64,000 nucleotides of DNA from Bacillota bacterium (GCA_050952625.1 JBMNLH010000001.1:1-64000); one strand, 5' to 3'. Positions 20,916 to 31,474 are shown, counted from the stretch's first letter. Notes: generated by a model from the letters alone, not told the origin. Program-made: numbers and translations.

Positions 20916-23393
20916 ATGAGTGAAATGTATTCGTATTATCTACAAAAACATCTAGAACAAATGACTAATCTAGAGAGCCATTTATTAGTGCTACAAGACA
21001 AAAATAACTTATTAAATCATGCTAAGGATATAGAATTGTATCTATATCCTTACAGGATTATTTTTGTCGAGCAAAACGTTATTTTCAGAGCCAAATATGA
21101 AGATATAAAGGAGCATACTGAAAGTAATTACATAATTGTTTTAAAGGATGAGGGGTTACAAAATAAACTGCTAGATTTTATCAGGCGTGCCGAGGGTGGA
21201 AAAATAAAAGAAATAACGACTCAATCTCTGCTCGAATGCGTTGAACAAGATCTAAGATGGAACGAAGAGATAAACCAATATGACAGTGCTGACATAAAAA
21301 AGGCATTTAGTGAATTAGTATATTATCGTAAATTAATCAGAAAAAGAAACATTGATAAACATGAGACAAATAAAATAGTCTTGTCTTCACTCCTTGAAGT
21401 AGATGCTATTCACCTAAAGGATGAGGTAGATTGCTATCTATATTATAGGGATATAAACGAACTTTATGGTGGGCTTAAGACATTAAAGTTTAATACAGAT
21501 ATAAAAGTGCTGGTAAATAAGATATTTTCAGAATATGGATCTCTTTTAGCCCTTGTTGCTGAGACAGATAGGTTTATAGAATTTGAACGCCTGCTTTGGG
21601 TTTGCTGTGGGTTAAATAGTCTCAAAAGTCTTTCTCATAAAAACTTAAAAATTATATTTCAAGATGAGTATGAAAAACTAGATATATTTACTCCTCACTT
21701 AGATAAATTAGTTGATTTTGCTAACCTTATAGGTAAGAGAGATAAAAAATACTATGTTCAAAAGAAGGACTGGGCGGAGAAGTTAATATTAAATTCAAAA
21801 ATAGATGTACTTTTAAAGAGAGATAGTTATAAGGAAATCCTTAGGGAGGGGACAGGTTCTTTAATCAATGTTCTTGAGAGTATAAAATTGGTACTAAGGG
21901 ATTACAACTTAGAAGGAATAAAAAAAGTATTTAAGTATAATTTGGATAATCTTTATGAATTAAATGTTTTAATCAAGGAAAGTGTTCACTATAAGACGAA
22001 GAATGTTAAGGAATTACTAGATCTATATGATTTAATAATCAACCTCTTCAGGGAAATAGAATATGCAGAAAGTCAAATACAATTTCGAAATAATATAAAT
22101 AGCCACAATCATTGGGAAAACTTTTATCTAAAACATCTATTCGATTTACAGTATAGGCTATCTGAAATAAAGAATCTAGACAAACATGGTTTAATTGAGG
22201 CTAACAGATATGCTTTGATTGATAAACGGGTAAGTAATATTTTAAATATTTATAGAAAACAATTTGCAGAATTTCTAAAAGACAATTATGACTCTTGGCA
22301 GACTATGCCTTATGGAATATCAAGACCAATACTAAATAGTGATATTTCAGATATACTGAATTTTGAATCACAGAAGACATATCTAATTGTATTTGATGGC
22401 ATGCGATATGATGCGTGGGAGTATGTGGTAAAGAATTATTTTAAGGAGTCTCTATCAAAAAGAAATACTAAATACAAGAGTTCCTTTGCACTTTTACCGA
22501 CCATTACTTCTATTTCGAGAGAAGCGATATATTCTCGGATTTTTAAGGATTATAAAAATGATATTGCCTTTCTTACTAAATCGGAGAGTATGGCGAAGGC
22601 AGGGGAACTAAAAGATATAATCTTGCAAAATAAGAAAATAAATATATTAGTGTTTAATATGTTTGATAAAGATGGACATAACGCAACTGAAGATTTCTTT
22701 ATATTTTATAATAAACAAAAGAAGGTATTTGAAAATAGTATAACTGAATTATTAAGTGTAATTCCGGACGACTCAAACATTGTGATTACATCCGACCATG
22801 GATTAATGCGTATTGATGAATATATAAATATTAAAAATATAGCAGGGATAGAAAGCGTTAGACCTAGATATCTGATGGCCGATTATGAGATTAGTATAGA
22901 GGGATGTATTAATACTAAAGATAACTATTTGTTAGTATATGATAATAGAGGTTATTTTATTGGTGGCGGTGAAAGGGAATTATATAGTCATGGTGGTGCC
23001 AGCATAGAAGAAGTAGTTGTACCATTCATTGTTGCGGAGTCTAAAGAAATAGGAAAACAATCTGAAGTAGTAAGATTTAAGAGTTCACTAGTTGATAAAA
23101 CGGAAGTATTTGAATTAGATAAGGATGTGGTGTTGAAATTAAAATTTAAGCCGACTGAGAAAGAAAAAATCATATTAACATCATTGTATAACTTTAAAAA
23201 TCAAAGTATAAGTAATAAAGATATTGAGAAGATCTTAAAAAACAAAACGGGTTCTGCTGGCTTGGTAAACGGCATAATTAGAAGGCTTGCTAAGAAACTC
23301 CAAAGCGATGGACTAGATATCATAGAAGAAACAGCCGTTGGAGATTTGATTTTATATAAATTAAAGCATGATAGACTGGAGGAGATATATTGA
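20916..23393 (+). CDS. pglZ: PglZ alkaline-phosphatase-fold protein with C-terminal winged helix
   Basis: VFDGMRYD, LPTITSISR, DKDGH, ITSDHG, HGGASIEEVVVP. Confidence 0.9.
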   Translation: MSEMYSYYLQKHLEQMTNLESHLLVLQDKNNLLNHAKDIELYLYPYRIIFVEQNVIFRAKYEDIKEHTESNYIIVLKDEGLQNKLLDFIRRAEGGKIKEITTQSLLECVEQDLRWNEEINQYDSADIKKAFSELVYYRKLIRKRNIDKHETNKIVLSSLLEVDAIHLKDEVDCYLYYRDINELYGGLKTLKFNTDIKVLVNKIFSEYGSLLALVAETDRFIEFERLLWVCCGLNSLKSLSHKNLKIIFQDEYEKLDIFTPHLDKLVDFANLIGKRDKKYYVQKKDWAEKLILNSKIDVLLKRDSYKEILREGTGSLINVLESIKLVLRDYNLEGIKKVFKYNLDNLYELNVLIKESVHYKTKNVKELLDLYDLIINLFREIEYAESQIQFRNNINSHNHWENFYLKHLFDLQYRLSEIKNLDKHGLIEANRYALIDKRVSNILNIYRKQFAEFLKDNYDSWQTMPYGISRPILNSDISDILNFESQKTYLIVFDGMRYDAWEYVVKNYFKESLSKRNTKYKSSFALLPTITSISREAIYSRIFKDYKNDIAFLTKSESMAKAGELKDIILQNKKINILVFNMFDKDGHNATEDFFIFYNKQKKVFENSITELLSVIPDDSNIVITSDHGLMRIDEYINIKNIAGIESVRPRYLMADYEISIEGCINTKDNYLLVYDNRGYFIGGGERELYSHGGASIEEVVVPFIVAESKEIGKQSEVVRFKSSLVDKTEVFELDKDVVLKLKFKPTEKEKIILTSLYNFKNQSISNKDIEKILKNKTGSAGLVNGIIRRLAKKLQSDGLDIIEETAVGDLILYKLKHDRLEEIY

Positions 23394-24670
23394 AAAAAGA
23401 AATTTTAAAAGATATTATTGATTCTCTTAGGAATGGTACGGTCCCCGCAGAAGGAACAGGAAATATTGCAGTAGGTATAGATGATGAAATGGCAGAAATT
23501 GCAGAGCAACTTAATAATGTAAGAAATGGGAAGTCATCTTTTAAATTTGTAATTGGTGACTATGGTTCCGGTAAGACATTTTTTAGTACAGCGGTTAGAG
23601 AGATGGCCTACGATAAAGGATTTGCCGTTTCTTCAGTCGTTGTATCACAAGAAACCCCTCTTCATAAATTTGAAGAACTTTATCGGAAGATTATGGATGG
23701 AATGAGGATACCAGATAACAATAAAATTCCTGCGTTTACACTTATTTTAGAAGAATGGCTTTTAAATATAGAAGATAAGATTATTGAAATCGAAGGAATA
23801 GATCCGGAAGGGAACAAGGAACAGTTTGAAAAGGAAATGAATAAAAGAATTAATGAAGAATTGCAGGTAGTTGGTTCAATTGCTGCTTCCTTTGCTAATG
23901 CTATTAGAGGATTTTATAAGGCAAAATATGACGGTAACCACATTTTATATCAGGGAGCAATTGCGTGGCTTAAGGGGGAAAGCATTAGACCGGAGATTAG
24001 GAAAGGCTTAAATGTAGCAGGCTCTGTGACCAGGGAAAACTCTTTTGAATTTTTCAAGGCATTACTTCATATGATTAAATCTGCTGGTTATCATGGTTTG
24101 ATTATTATTATTGATGAAGTTGAGACAGTGCAAAAACTAAGAAGTGATTATCGCCATGCGGCATATGAAAATCTTAGATTTTTCATTGATGAAGCAGATA
24201 AGAACAATTTTCCTAATTGCTTTTTCTTATACACAGGAACTACGGATTTAATGGAAAGTGAAAAAGGATTTAAATCATTGGAGCCACTATATCAAAGGGT
24301 GAAGGTAGAGAGAGAAAAGGAATTTAAAAACCTGAGACAACCTGTTATGTTTTTAGATGGATTTAATAAGAATAAATTAAATGAGGTGGCAAAGAAGGTA
24401 AGAGGGATTCATGGGGATGTATACTCTTGGATGCCAAATGAAAAGGTGAATGATTTATTTGTTGAAAAATTAATTGAAGATATGACAACAGGATTTGGGG
24501 GCGAAATAACTATAGGGCCTAGAGGTTTCTTAAGAACCTTAGTTGATATTCTTGATAAGAGTCAAATGCATGATGAGTATCAACCTGAGAAGCATTTTAA
24601 ATTTGATGATAAAATCAGGTCCATTGCAGAGAGTATAGAAAATACAACTGCACACATTGTTAACTTTTAG
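23390..24670 (+). CDS. brxD: BrxD (DUF2791-type) ATP-binding protein
   Basis: SLRNGTVP, GDYGSGKTFF, IIDEVE, PRGFLR. Confidence 0.85.
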   Translation: MKKEILKDIIDSLRNGTVPAEGTGNIAVGIDDEMAEIAEQLNNVRNGKSSFKFVIGDYGSGKTFFSTAVREMAYDKGFAVSSVVVSQETPLHKFEELYRKIMDGMRIPDNNKIPAFTLILEEWLLNIEDKIIEIEGIDPEGNKEQFEKEMNKRINEELQVVGSIAASFANAIRGFYKAKYDGNHILYQGAIAWLKGESIRPEIRKGLNVAGSVTRENSFEFFKALLHMIKSAGYHGLIIIIDEVETVQKLRSDYRHAAYENLRFFIDEADKNNFPNCFFLYTGTTDLMESEKGFKSLEPLYQRVKVEREKEFKNLRQPVMFLDGFNKNKLNEVAKKVRGIHGDVYSWMPNEKVNDLFVEKLIEDMTTGFGGEITIGPRGFLRTLVDILDKSQMHDEYQPEKHFKFDDKIRSIAESIENTTAHIVNF

Positions 24671-24678
24671 GTGATAAT

Positions 24679-26817
24679 ATGTCTAATTTTCATATGTTAT
24701 GTAATCCACTAAAAGAGAAGATTATTAATAGGCTAGGTTGGAGGGAATTAAAACCTGTCCAAGAAATGACGATACCTGAGATAATTAAGGGAAACAATGC
24801 GATAGTTCTTGCCCCAACAGCAGGGGGCAAGACTGAGGCAGCATTTTTCCCTATATTGCATATGATACACACAGAAAACATTCCAGGTACATCAGTAATC
24901 TATGTATCGCCTATAAAAGCACTTCTCAACAACCAAGAAGAAAGACTTAGGGTGCTTTCGTCTTTTATATATGGAGAAGTTTTTAAATGGCATGGAGATG
25001 TAGGATCATATGAAAAAGTCAAATCATTTAAGAATCCACCTAATGTTCTTATGATAACCCCAGAATCTTTAGAGGTTATTCTTATGAATAAGAAGATCGA
25101 TAAAGAAGACTTTTTTAGAAATATTAGGTTTGTTGTAATAGATGAAATACACTCTTTTGCTGGCGGTGAAAGGGGAGTTCATTTAACTGCACTAATAGAA
25201 AGGATTCAATATTTTTCTCAATATGATATTCAGAGGATTGGCCTTTCTGCCACCGTGGGCAATCCTAGAGTTATTGGTAAATGGATGAATGGAAGTAGCA
25301 AAAGAGAACTAATAATAATAGATCCTCCAAGGGAAGACAATAAAAAATTAATTGAAATTAAACTTCTCCACAAACACGAAGATTTTGGAGAAGAAGTATG
25401 TAGACGAATCTACGGTAAAAAAGCACTGTTTTTCACAAACAGCAGGAGTGCTGTAGAAGGATTAAAGAAATCTATCGAAGATTGGGGTATAGAGACTTTC
25501 GTACATCACTCATCAATAGATAAAAGATTCAGGGAAATAGCAGAAGAAAAATTTAAAATTGGCACAAATACCTGTATTATCGCAACAAGCACCCTTGAAC
25601 TTGGTATTGATATAGGGGATCTCGACATTGTATTACAACTTGATTCTCCTAATACAGTTTCTTCATTTTTGCAACGTATGGGAAGAACCGGAAGACGTAA
25701 AGACACTGTTGCCCACTATGTATTTTTCCCCACAAAGGCAAGCAAATTTATATTAGCGATAGCAATATTAAATTTAGCAATTAGAAAATGGGTGGAGGGT
25801 GTTTATGTAAGCAAGATATCTTACGATTTATTATTTCATCAGATTATAACTATGGCTCTTGCAGAATTTGGTATAGACAAAAATAAGATATTTGAGATAT
25901 TAAGTAATGTGTATTCTTTTTCGGGCATTGAGAAAAGAGAATATGAGGAACTTTTAGAATACATGATGAATGAAAAGTACATACAAATTGATAGAAATAA
26001 AGTTTACTTAGATACTAAAACGGAGGAATCATTCGGAAGGCAAAACTTCATGACATTATATTCTGCTTTTGAAACTAACAAAGAATTCACAGTAAAATTT
26101 CGCAACAGAACCATAGGAACTTTAGAAAGATGGTTTGTTAATGCATTAGGGGACAATTTCCAATTTATTTTAGCAGGGAAGTATTGGCAAACTGATAAGA
26201 TTGATTATGATAAATCAATAATACACGTAATTGAAGCAAAAACAGCCTTACCCCCACGGTGGATAGGCGGAGAGGGTTTTTATTCTTACCAATTATCACA
26301 GGAAATATTAAAGGTAGTGAGTACAGATGAGGAGTATACCTTTCTTAATGATTATGAAAAGAAGATACTAAATGATATAAGATATGAGGAAAAGTCTTTT
26401 GGACTTAAAGTGGGTAAAATGATTATAGAGGAAATTAAAGATGGATATCATTTTTATACTTATGCCGGTAACAAAGTAAATTATACTTTGGCAACTGTTT
26501 TAAGTTTTATAAACAATATGATCGATATAAAGAGCATTACTTGGTCAGGGTTTAAGTTGGTTTCAGCGGATAAAGATTTTAAACCAACGAATAAAGAAAT
26601 TTTAGATTTAATTAATAATATAAAAAGTAATAATAATTATTTTCTAGATATTTATAGTAAATTAACTGAGCGTGTGCCAGATATATCATTATCAAAGTAT
26701 CAAAAGTATTTACCTGATAGATTAAGAAAAAAGATGATTGCTGATTATGTGTATGATATTAATACAACTGCAGAATTTATTAATAATACATCCATTGAGA
26801 TACTAAAAGTATATTAA
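24679..26817 (+). CDS. brxHI: Lhr-like DEAD/DEAH helicase BrxHI
   Basis: APTAGGKTEA, TPESLE, DEIH, LSATVGN, TSTLELGID, QRMGRTGR; follows brxD. Confidence 0.85.
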   Translation: MSNFHMLCNPLKEKIINRLGWRELKPVQEMTIPEIIKGNNAIVLAPTAGGKTEAAFFPILHMIHTENIPGTSVIYVSPIKALLNNQEERLRVLSSFIYGEVFKWHGDVGSYEKVKSFKNPPNVLMITPESLEVILMNKKIDKEDFFRNIRFVVIDEIHSFAGGERGVHLTALIERIQYFSQYDIQRIGLSATVGNPRVIGKWMNGSSKRELIIIDPPREDNKKLIEIKLLHKHEDFGEEVCRRIYGKKALFFTNSRSAVEGLKKSIEDWGIETFVHHSSIDKRFREIAEEKFKIGTNTCIIATSTLELGIDIGDLDIVLQLDSPNTVSSFLQRMGRTGRRKDTVAHYVFFPTKASKFILAIAILNLAIRKWVEGVYVSKISYDLLFHQIITMALAEFGIDKNKIFEILSNVYSFSGIEKREYEELLEYMMNEKYIQIDRNKVYLDTKTEESFGRQNFMTLYSAFETNKEFTVKFRNRTIGTLERWFVNALGDNFQFILAGKYWQTDKIDYDKSIIHVIEAKTALPPRWIGGEGFYSYQLSQEILKVVSTDEEYTFLNDYEKKILNDIRYEEKSFGLKVGKMIIEEIKDGYHFYTYAGNKVNYTLATVLSFINNMIDIKSITWSGFKLVSADKDFKPTNKEILDLINNIKSNNNYFLDIYSKLTERVPDISLSKYQKYLPDRLRKKMIADYVYDINTTAEFINNTSIEILKVY

Positions 26818-26838
26818 TATAAGTGGAGGAGGGTTAAT

Positions 26839-27042
26839 ATGTCGACAATAAAAAGTTGGCAAGAATTAGAGAACTATCTTAAAAAGAACCCGGATGTTGT
26901 ACTTAAACAAAATATAGGTAAAGTAATAGAATATGAATGTCCTGAATGTAAATCGACACAAAAAATAGAAATCATTTCCGCAAATAAGGGAATGTGTGAA
27001 AATTGTAGCAGAGAAATTGAGATTACATTGGTAATAGAATAA
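26839..27042 (+). CDS. small zinc-ribbon protein
   Basis: CPEC...CENC; GGAGG RBS; terminator hairpin at ~27088-27125. Confidence 0.7.
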   Translation: MSTIKSWQELENYLKKNPDVVLKQNIGKVIEYECPECKSTQKIEIISANKGMCENCSREIEITLVIE

Positions 27043-27256
27043 ATAATGTTCAGTATTTGTTAGTTTGTTGCAGTATAAATGAAAATCAGAGTCAAGGCGA
27101 AATTTGCCCTTGGCTTTTTATTTTTGTTGCAGATGTAAAATAAAAGGATGAAAAATTATAGTTTCATGCAACAAACAGATATCAAGTCTAGAAGTTATGT
27201 GAAAGTGATGGTACACTGTACACGCTTTAAAAAAGCAGAGAACAGGAGGGGATGTA

Positions 27257-27592
27257 ATGCGTGAAATTAAGAATTTAGATGCTTTAGAACTATCCGAGGC
27301 ACTATTAGATACTTATAAATGCGTTCATGGTTTTGGTTTTAATGGCCATTTTATATCACTAATACCAACAAAACATTATTATTATTTAGCCTATAAACAT
27401 AGGGACAGTCTTGATGAACACAGGCTTTTCAAATTTGTTGAAGTCAAGGAAGCATATGAAGAAGATGAAATTTATGATGCTTTATTGGAGATTAGAAAAG
27501 AGTATGGTCATGACCATGAAAATAGTGAATATGATGAGGATTACAAGGAAGTGATAGAGTATTTGACAAATAACATAGATAATACGATGTAG
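27257..27592 (+). CDS. acidic hypothetical protein
   Basis: 111 aa, AGGAGG RBS. Confidence 0.7.
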   Translation: MREIKNLDALELSEALLDTYKCVHGFGFNGHFISLIPTKHYYYLAYKHRDSLDEHRLFKFVEVKEAYEEDEIYDALLEIRKEYGHDHENSEYDEDYKEVIEYLTNNIDNTM

Positions 27593-27928
27593 GAGAACAA
27601 CTTAATATTCTTACAATTTATTCTTGCAGTTGTAAAAGGACTATGCTAGAATATATATATAATTAAATAAGTTATTAAAGTGAAACTGGTTGTTTGGAAT
27701 TCACTGGATTAGGAGACACGCTATAGGTGTGTCCAAAAATATCCAATGTATCCCAAATTACCAGTTTTTTTGTTACTTTTGATCCTTGAAAATTGACTAT
27801 AGAGTAAACAGATGCGACCGAATGAGTGGCTATAGTCTGTTTAGATAAGATGGAAGTTGCCTTTTATAGGAGAGGCAAAGGGTTTGTTAGAATCAAAAAT
27901 TTAGTATAACTTTTGGGAGGTTATAAAT

Positions 27929-28537
27929 ATGATTAAGATAAATAATGACATGAATAATAAAGACAGAAGAAATGATGCTAACCGCAAGCCATTTAACATC
28001 CCTAAGATAAAAGGTAAATATTGGGATGACTTATACGTGATTATAAATAGACTTAAGTCAAGTTATATCAATAATATATTTGATTTATCTAGAAAATCTG
28101 GTATGTATATTCCGCAGATATGTGTCATGATTTTTAAAAGTGATAAATATTGCTTTCGTCCAAATGAAGTTTACGGAGTAATATTGACACACTATGTTAA
28201 CCCTAGAAACTCTGATGATAAAATTGCAATGAGTATACTGAAAAAGGATTCCGTTATTACCTATTATGAAGAAAACACTAAGATACCTCTAAAGGTAAAA
28301 TTTTTAGATCAGAACATGAATAATGCAATATTGATCACTTTTACTGAGGAAGAGGATATGATTGATTGTGAGATTCGTTTAATGGCAAGTGAAAGTAGAC
28401 CAGTGTTTGATTATTTCAGAGATATAAAATTTTATGAAGACTTTGATCCTATAAAGAAGGGATATATACCCTATGTTTTAACTAGCAAGGTAGAAGGTTT
28501 TAAAATTGTCCCTGGTAATTATAAAATTGCTAAATAG
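27929..28537 (+). CDS. hypothetical protein
   Basis: 202 aa, GGAGG RBS. Confidence 0.65.
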   Translation: MIKINNDMNNKDRRNDANRKPFNIPKIKGKYWDDLYVIINRLKSSYINNIFDLSRKSGMYIPQICVMIFKSDKYCFRPNEVYGVILTHYVNPRNSDDKIAMSILKKDSVITYYEENTKIPLKVKFLDQNMNNAILITFTEEEDMIDCEIRLMASESRPVFDYFRDIKFYEDFDPIKKGYIPYVLTSKVEGFKIVPGNYKIAK

Positions 28538-28784
28538 CAAATGAAACTAAAATTTTAGATTTTGATGGGATACATAGGTATTATTAAAGGAGGCCGAGGT
28601 ATGCTCGGCCTTTGATATATACATGGTATTATTATTTTGCTGACTAAATCCAAAAAATAAAGATTAGTGGAACAGTTACTCTAGGTAAAATGAATTTAAA
28701 TGCTTCTTTGTACGCTGACGTAGAAAAATAAAAATCTGCCTATGTTAGTGCTTCGAAAGTTTCAAAATATTATTACTAAAAAAT

Positions 28785-28813
28785 TTGACAGCATGAGTAG
28801 TTTGAAATATCAT
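28785..28813 (+). promoter_or_regulatory. sigma-A promoter
   Basis: TTGACA-17-TATCAT. Confidence 0.65.
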
Positions 28814-28929
28814 TATAAGTGACAATAAAATAATATTAAATCAAAGTAAACTAACATAGCAAATTTGCCCGAATAAGAGGGTTTTGCCGTGTTAGTTTTT
28901 TTGTTTATTTAGAAAGGAGAGATGTTTAT

Positions 28930-29283
28930 ATGAGTAGTGTTAATGTTTATGAAAGTGAGTTTTGTAATGACATTGTTGCCAGAGTAAAATACAATGAAAA
29001 ACTAGATTACTGGAATGGACGCAACTGGGGTAATGGAGGATTAGGAATGCATAAAGGCATTACTAAGTTAAAAGACGGCAGGTTTGTTATTATTATAGGT
29101 TCTCAAATGCAAGGCTCAAAAGACTATGCCTATATAGTAAGTAAAGAAGAGGCGTTACAGGAAGTTTTAAAATCAGGTAATCTGGAACTATTGGAGGATA
29201 AAAAATTTGCTGAACTAAAAACTCTGTATGAGAAATTATGTGAATTAGAAGAAATTGATGAGGCAGAAACTACTGCAGAGTAA
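28930..29283 (+). CDS. hypothetical mobile-element protein
   Basis: 117 aa, AAGGAG RBS, followed by terminator aggagtc...gactcctttt. Confidence 0.75.
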   Translation: MSSVNVYESEFCNDIVARVKYNEKLDYWNGRNWGNGGLGMHKGITKLKDGRFVIIIGSQMQGSKDYAYIVSKEEALQEVLKSGNLELLEDKKFAELKTLYEKLCELEEIDEAETTAE

Positions 29284-29420
29284 TGAAAAGGTTATAAAGG
29301 GTTGTGTAGAGGAGTCGGGCTATAAGCCTAGACTCCTTTTTAAATTGCAACTGCTTTCGTAGATTACCCTAATTTATATTTGTAATACTTAGTCTACGAA
29401 GAGATTAGGGCTAAAAAATA

Positions 29421-29448
29421 TTTCAACATAATATAAATTATGCTGCCG
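29421..29448 (-). other. dif-like (Xer-type) recombination site
   Basis: Minus strand CGGCAGCATAA-TTTATA-TTATGTTGAAA, 11-6-11 like E. coli dif GGTGCGCATAA-TGTATA-TTATGTTAAAT. Confidence 0.5.
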
Positions 29449-29711
29449 TTGTCCGCTTTTACCCGAGGATCAAGAGATGATTAATACAAAATATCAACAT
29501 AGTTTAAGAGGAAATTGCAGTATTATTTGAAGACATAATTTATGGAGTGTTATTTAGTAATAAAACATCTGTTAATGATAGAAGTTTCAATGTAGTTAAC
29601 ACAGTTTTATCGCTATTGATTAGCAGCAGTTGTTAGCCATAGAATTGCTAAAACAGATTACACCATAATATGGTATTATAAAGAAAATATCATTTATAAG
29701 GGGGAGAAAGG

Positions 29712-30125
29712 ATGTCGATTCCAAATTTGCAAATTGTGCTCAAAACAATCAGAGAAAATTATAATTGCTCGCTAACAACTATTAAAGGGAAACGAATTAT
29801 GTTTGAAGGAGTGAGCAATAACAAGAAATTAGTTCTTTGTACTCCATCTTCAAAGTTACATCCTCAAGGTAAAGGCTGGTTTGATCTCACAACTAAACAA
29901 GTCGAACTTCTAGATGATTCAGACATTTCGATACTTGCAGTTCGGTTAGAAGGGGGAAAAGTATATTATATTAACTTTAAAGATCTTAGAAGGTTAATGG
30001 AACCAGAGATGATACTTGAGAACCCAAGAGAAGGTAAACACTGGAAGTTTTATGTTTGGCCAAGTTATTTAAAAGTTCAAGGTAATGAAAAAGAATTTCA
30101 TATTCAGCCTGAAGTTGTTTACTAA
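29712..30125 (+). CDS. hypothetical protein (possible nuclease-fold)
   Basis: 137 aa, GGGGAG RBS. Confidence 0.6.
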   Translation: MSIPNLQIVLKTIRENYNCSLTTIKGKRIMFEGVSNNKKLVLCTPSSKLHPQGKGWFDLTTKQVELLDDSDISILAVRLEGGKVYYINFKDLRRLMEPEMILENPREGKHWKFYVWPSYLKVQGNEKEFHIQPEVVY

Positions 30126-30376
30126 GAAGTAGATACCCTTCCATTTGATAAAATTTATAAGAGTCAGGTGATAATCCTGACTTTTGTATTTGAATAATTT
30201 TCTATTCGAGTGTAACACAATTAAAAAAGAGTTAATCTCATAAAATGGCTGAAAGCCTTGGAAAATAAGCATTCCTTTAATAATGCCATAATTTATGTCT
30301 TATTAGTGTAACATATTGGGCTGCCTATATAACAGTAAGCGTGATATAATGAGACTAGAAAAAATTTCTGGAGGGA

Positions 30377-30943
30377 GTGTTTACCATAGAATTAGTTCAG
30401 CCAATAAAAGATATGGATAAGATTATTGAACTCAAAAGAGAACTGCTGAAGCGCAATTATAAGTATTATATGCTTTGTATTATGGCATTTAACACAGGAA
30501 TGCGTATTGGAGACATAATTTCTCTAAAAGTTTCAGATGTAAAAAATAAAACTCATATTGTTATTAGAGAAGAAAAGACAAATAAAACAAAGTTGTTCCC
30601 AATCAATGAGCAGTTAAGGCACGAAATTAATAGTTACATTGTTGGAATGGAAGAAGAAAATTACTTATTTCCAAGCAGGCAAAAAAATGCGAATGGGGTA
30701 AAATCACATATTACTAGAGTACAGGCCTATAGATATATTAAAAATGTAGCAGAAAAATTAGGAATAGAGAACTTTGGAATGCATTCGTTTAGAAAATCAT
30801 TTGGCTATTTTTACTATCAACAAACAAAAGATATTGCAAAATTAATGCAGATTTTCAACCATAGTTCTCAAGAGGTAACTAAAAGGTATATTGGATTATC
30901 ACAAGAGGAAATCGACGAAAGTTTGCAGAATTTCTTTTTATAA
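30377..30943 (+). CDS. small tyrosine recombinase (catalytic domain only; resolvase-like)
   Basis: TGMRIGD, EEKT, HSFRK, FNHSS, RYIG catalytic residues. Confidence 0.9.
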   Translation: MFTIELVQPIKDMDKIIELKRELLKRNYKYYMLCIMAFNTGMRIGDIISLKVSDVKNKTHIVIREEKTNKTKLFPINEQLRHEINSYIVGMEEENYLFPSRQKNANGVKSHITRVQAYRYIKNVAEKLGIENFGMHSFRKSFGYFYYQQTKDIAKLMQIFNHSSQEVTKRYIGLSQEEIDESLQNFFL

Positions 30944-31003
30944 TAATTACAGATGTAATGTTCTAAGGGCTAAAAGTTTAGATTTTATAATGGAGGGAGA
31001 TAT

Positions 31004-31474
31004 ATGCCAAATACTGATTGGTCTTTATTAAACACATTGCAATTAGGGCGATATGCTGAATATTATGCAAAAATGGAATTTGCTTCTTATGGTCTAGAGA
31101 TATATTCATCTGAGGTAGATGATCACGGAGTAGATTTTATTGTAAAAGATAAAAATGGTCGTTTTTGTGAAATACAAGTAAAATCTTTAAGAAATAAAGG
31201 GTATGTTTTTGTTCAAAAGAGCAAGTTTGATATAAGTAATAAAAATTTGTACCTTACATTATTGTTATTTGAAAATGGAAAGAGTCCTGATATGTTTATA
31301 ATTCCATCAGGGGTATGGGAAAAACCTAATGAAGTATTTGTTGATAGAAACTATGATAAACCCGGGCAAAAAAGTGCTCCAGAGTATGGAATTAATATAT
31401 CACTGAAAAACTATGATATTTTGGATATATTTAGGTTTCAGGAAGTCATTAATGAATTTACTGAGAAAAGGTGA
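31004..31474 (+). CDS. PD-(D/E)XK nuclease-like protein (DUF4365-like)
   Basis: AE...VDDHGVDF...EIQVKS. Confidence 0.7.
   Translation: MPNTDWSLLNTLQLGRYAEYYAKMEFASYGLEIYSSEVDDHGVDFIVKDKNGRFCEIQVKSLRNKGYVFVQKSKFDISNKNLYLTLLLFENGKSPDMFIIPSGVWEKPNEVFVDRNYDKPGQKSAPEYGINISLKNYDILDIFRFQEVINEFTEKR

Noticed and set aside
26839-29283. Anti-CRISPR/anti-defence cluster of small acidic proteins
   Set aside because: Size and promoters fit, but no recognisable Acr or Aca sequence supports the call
30377-30943. Integrase defining a separate prophage or ICE
   Set aside because: Lacks N-terminal arm-binding domains; no att repeats, structural or conjugation genes found
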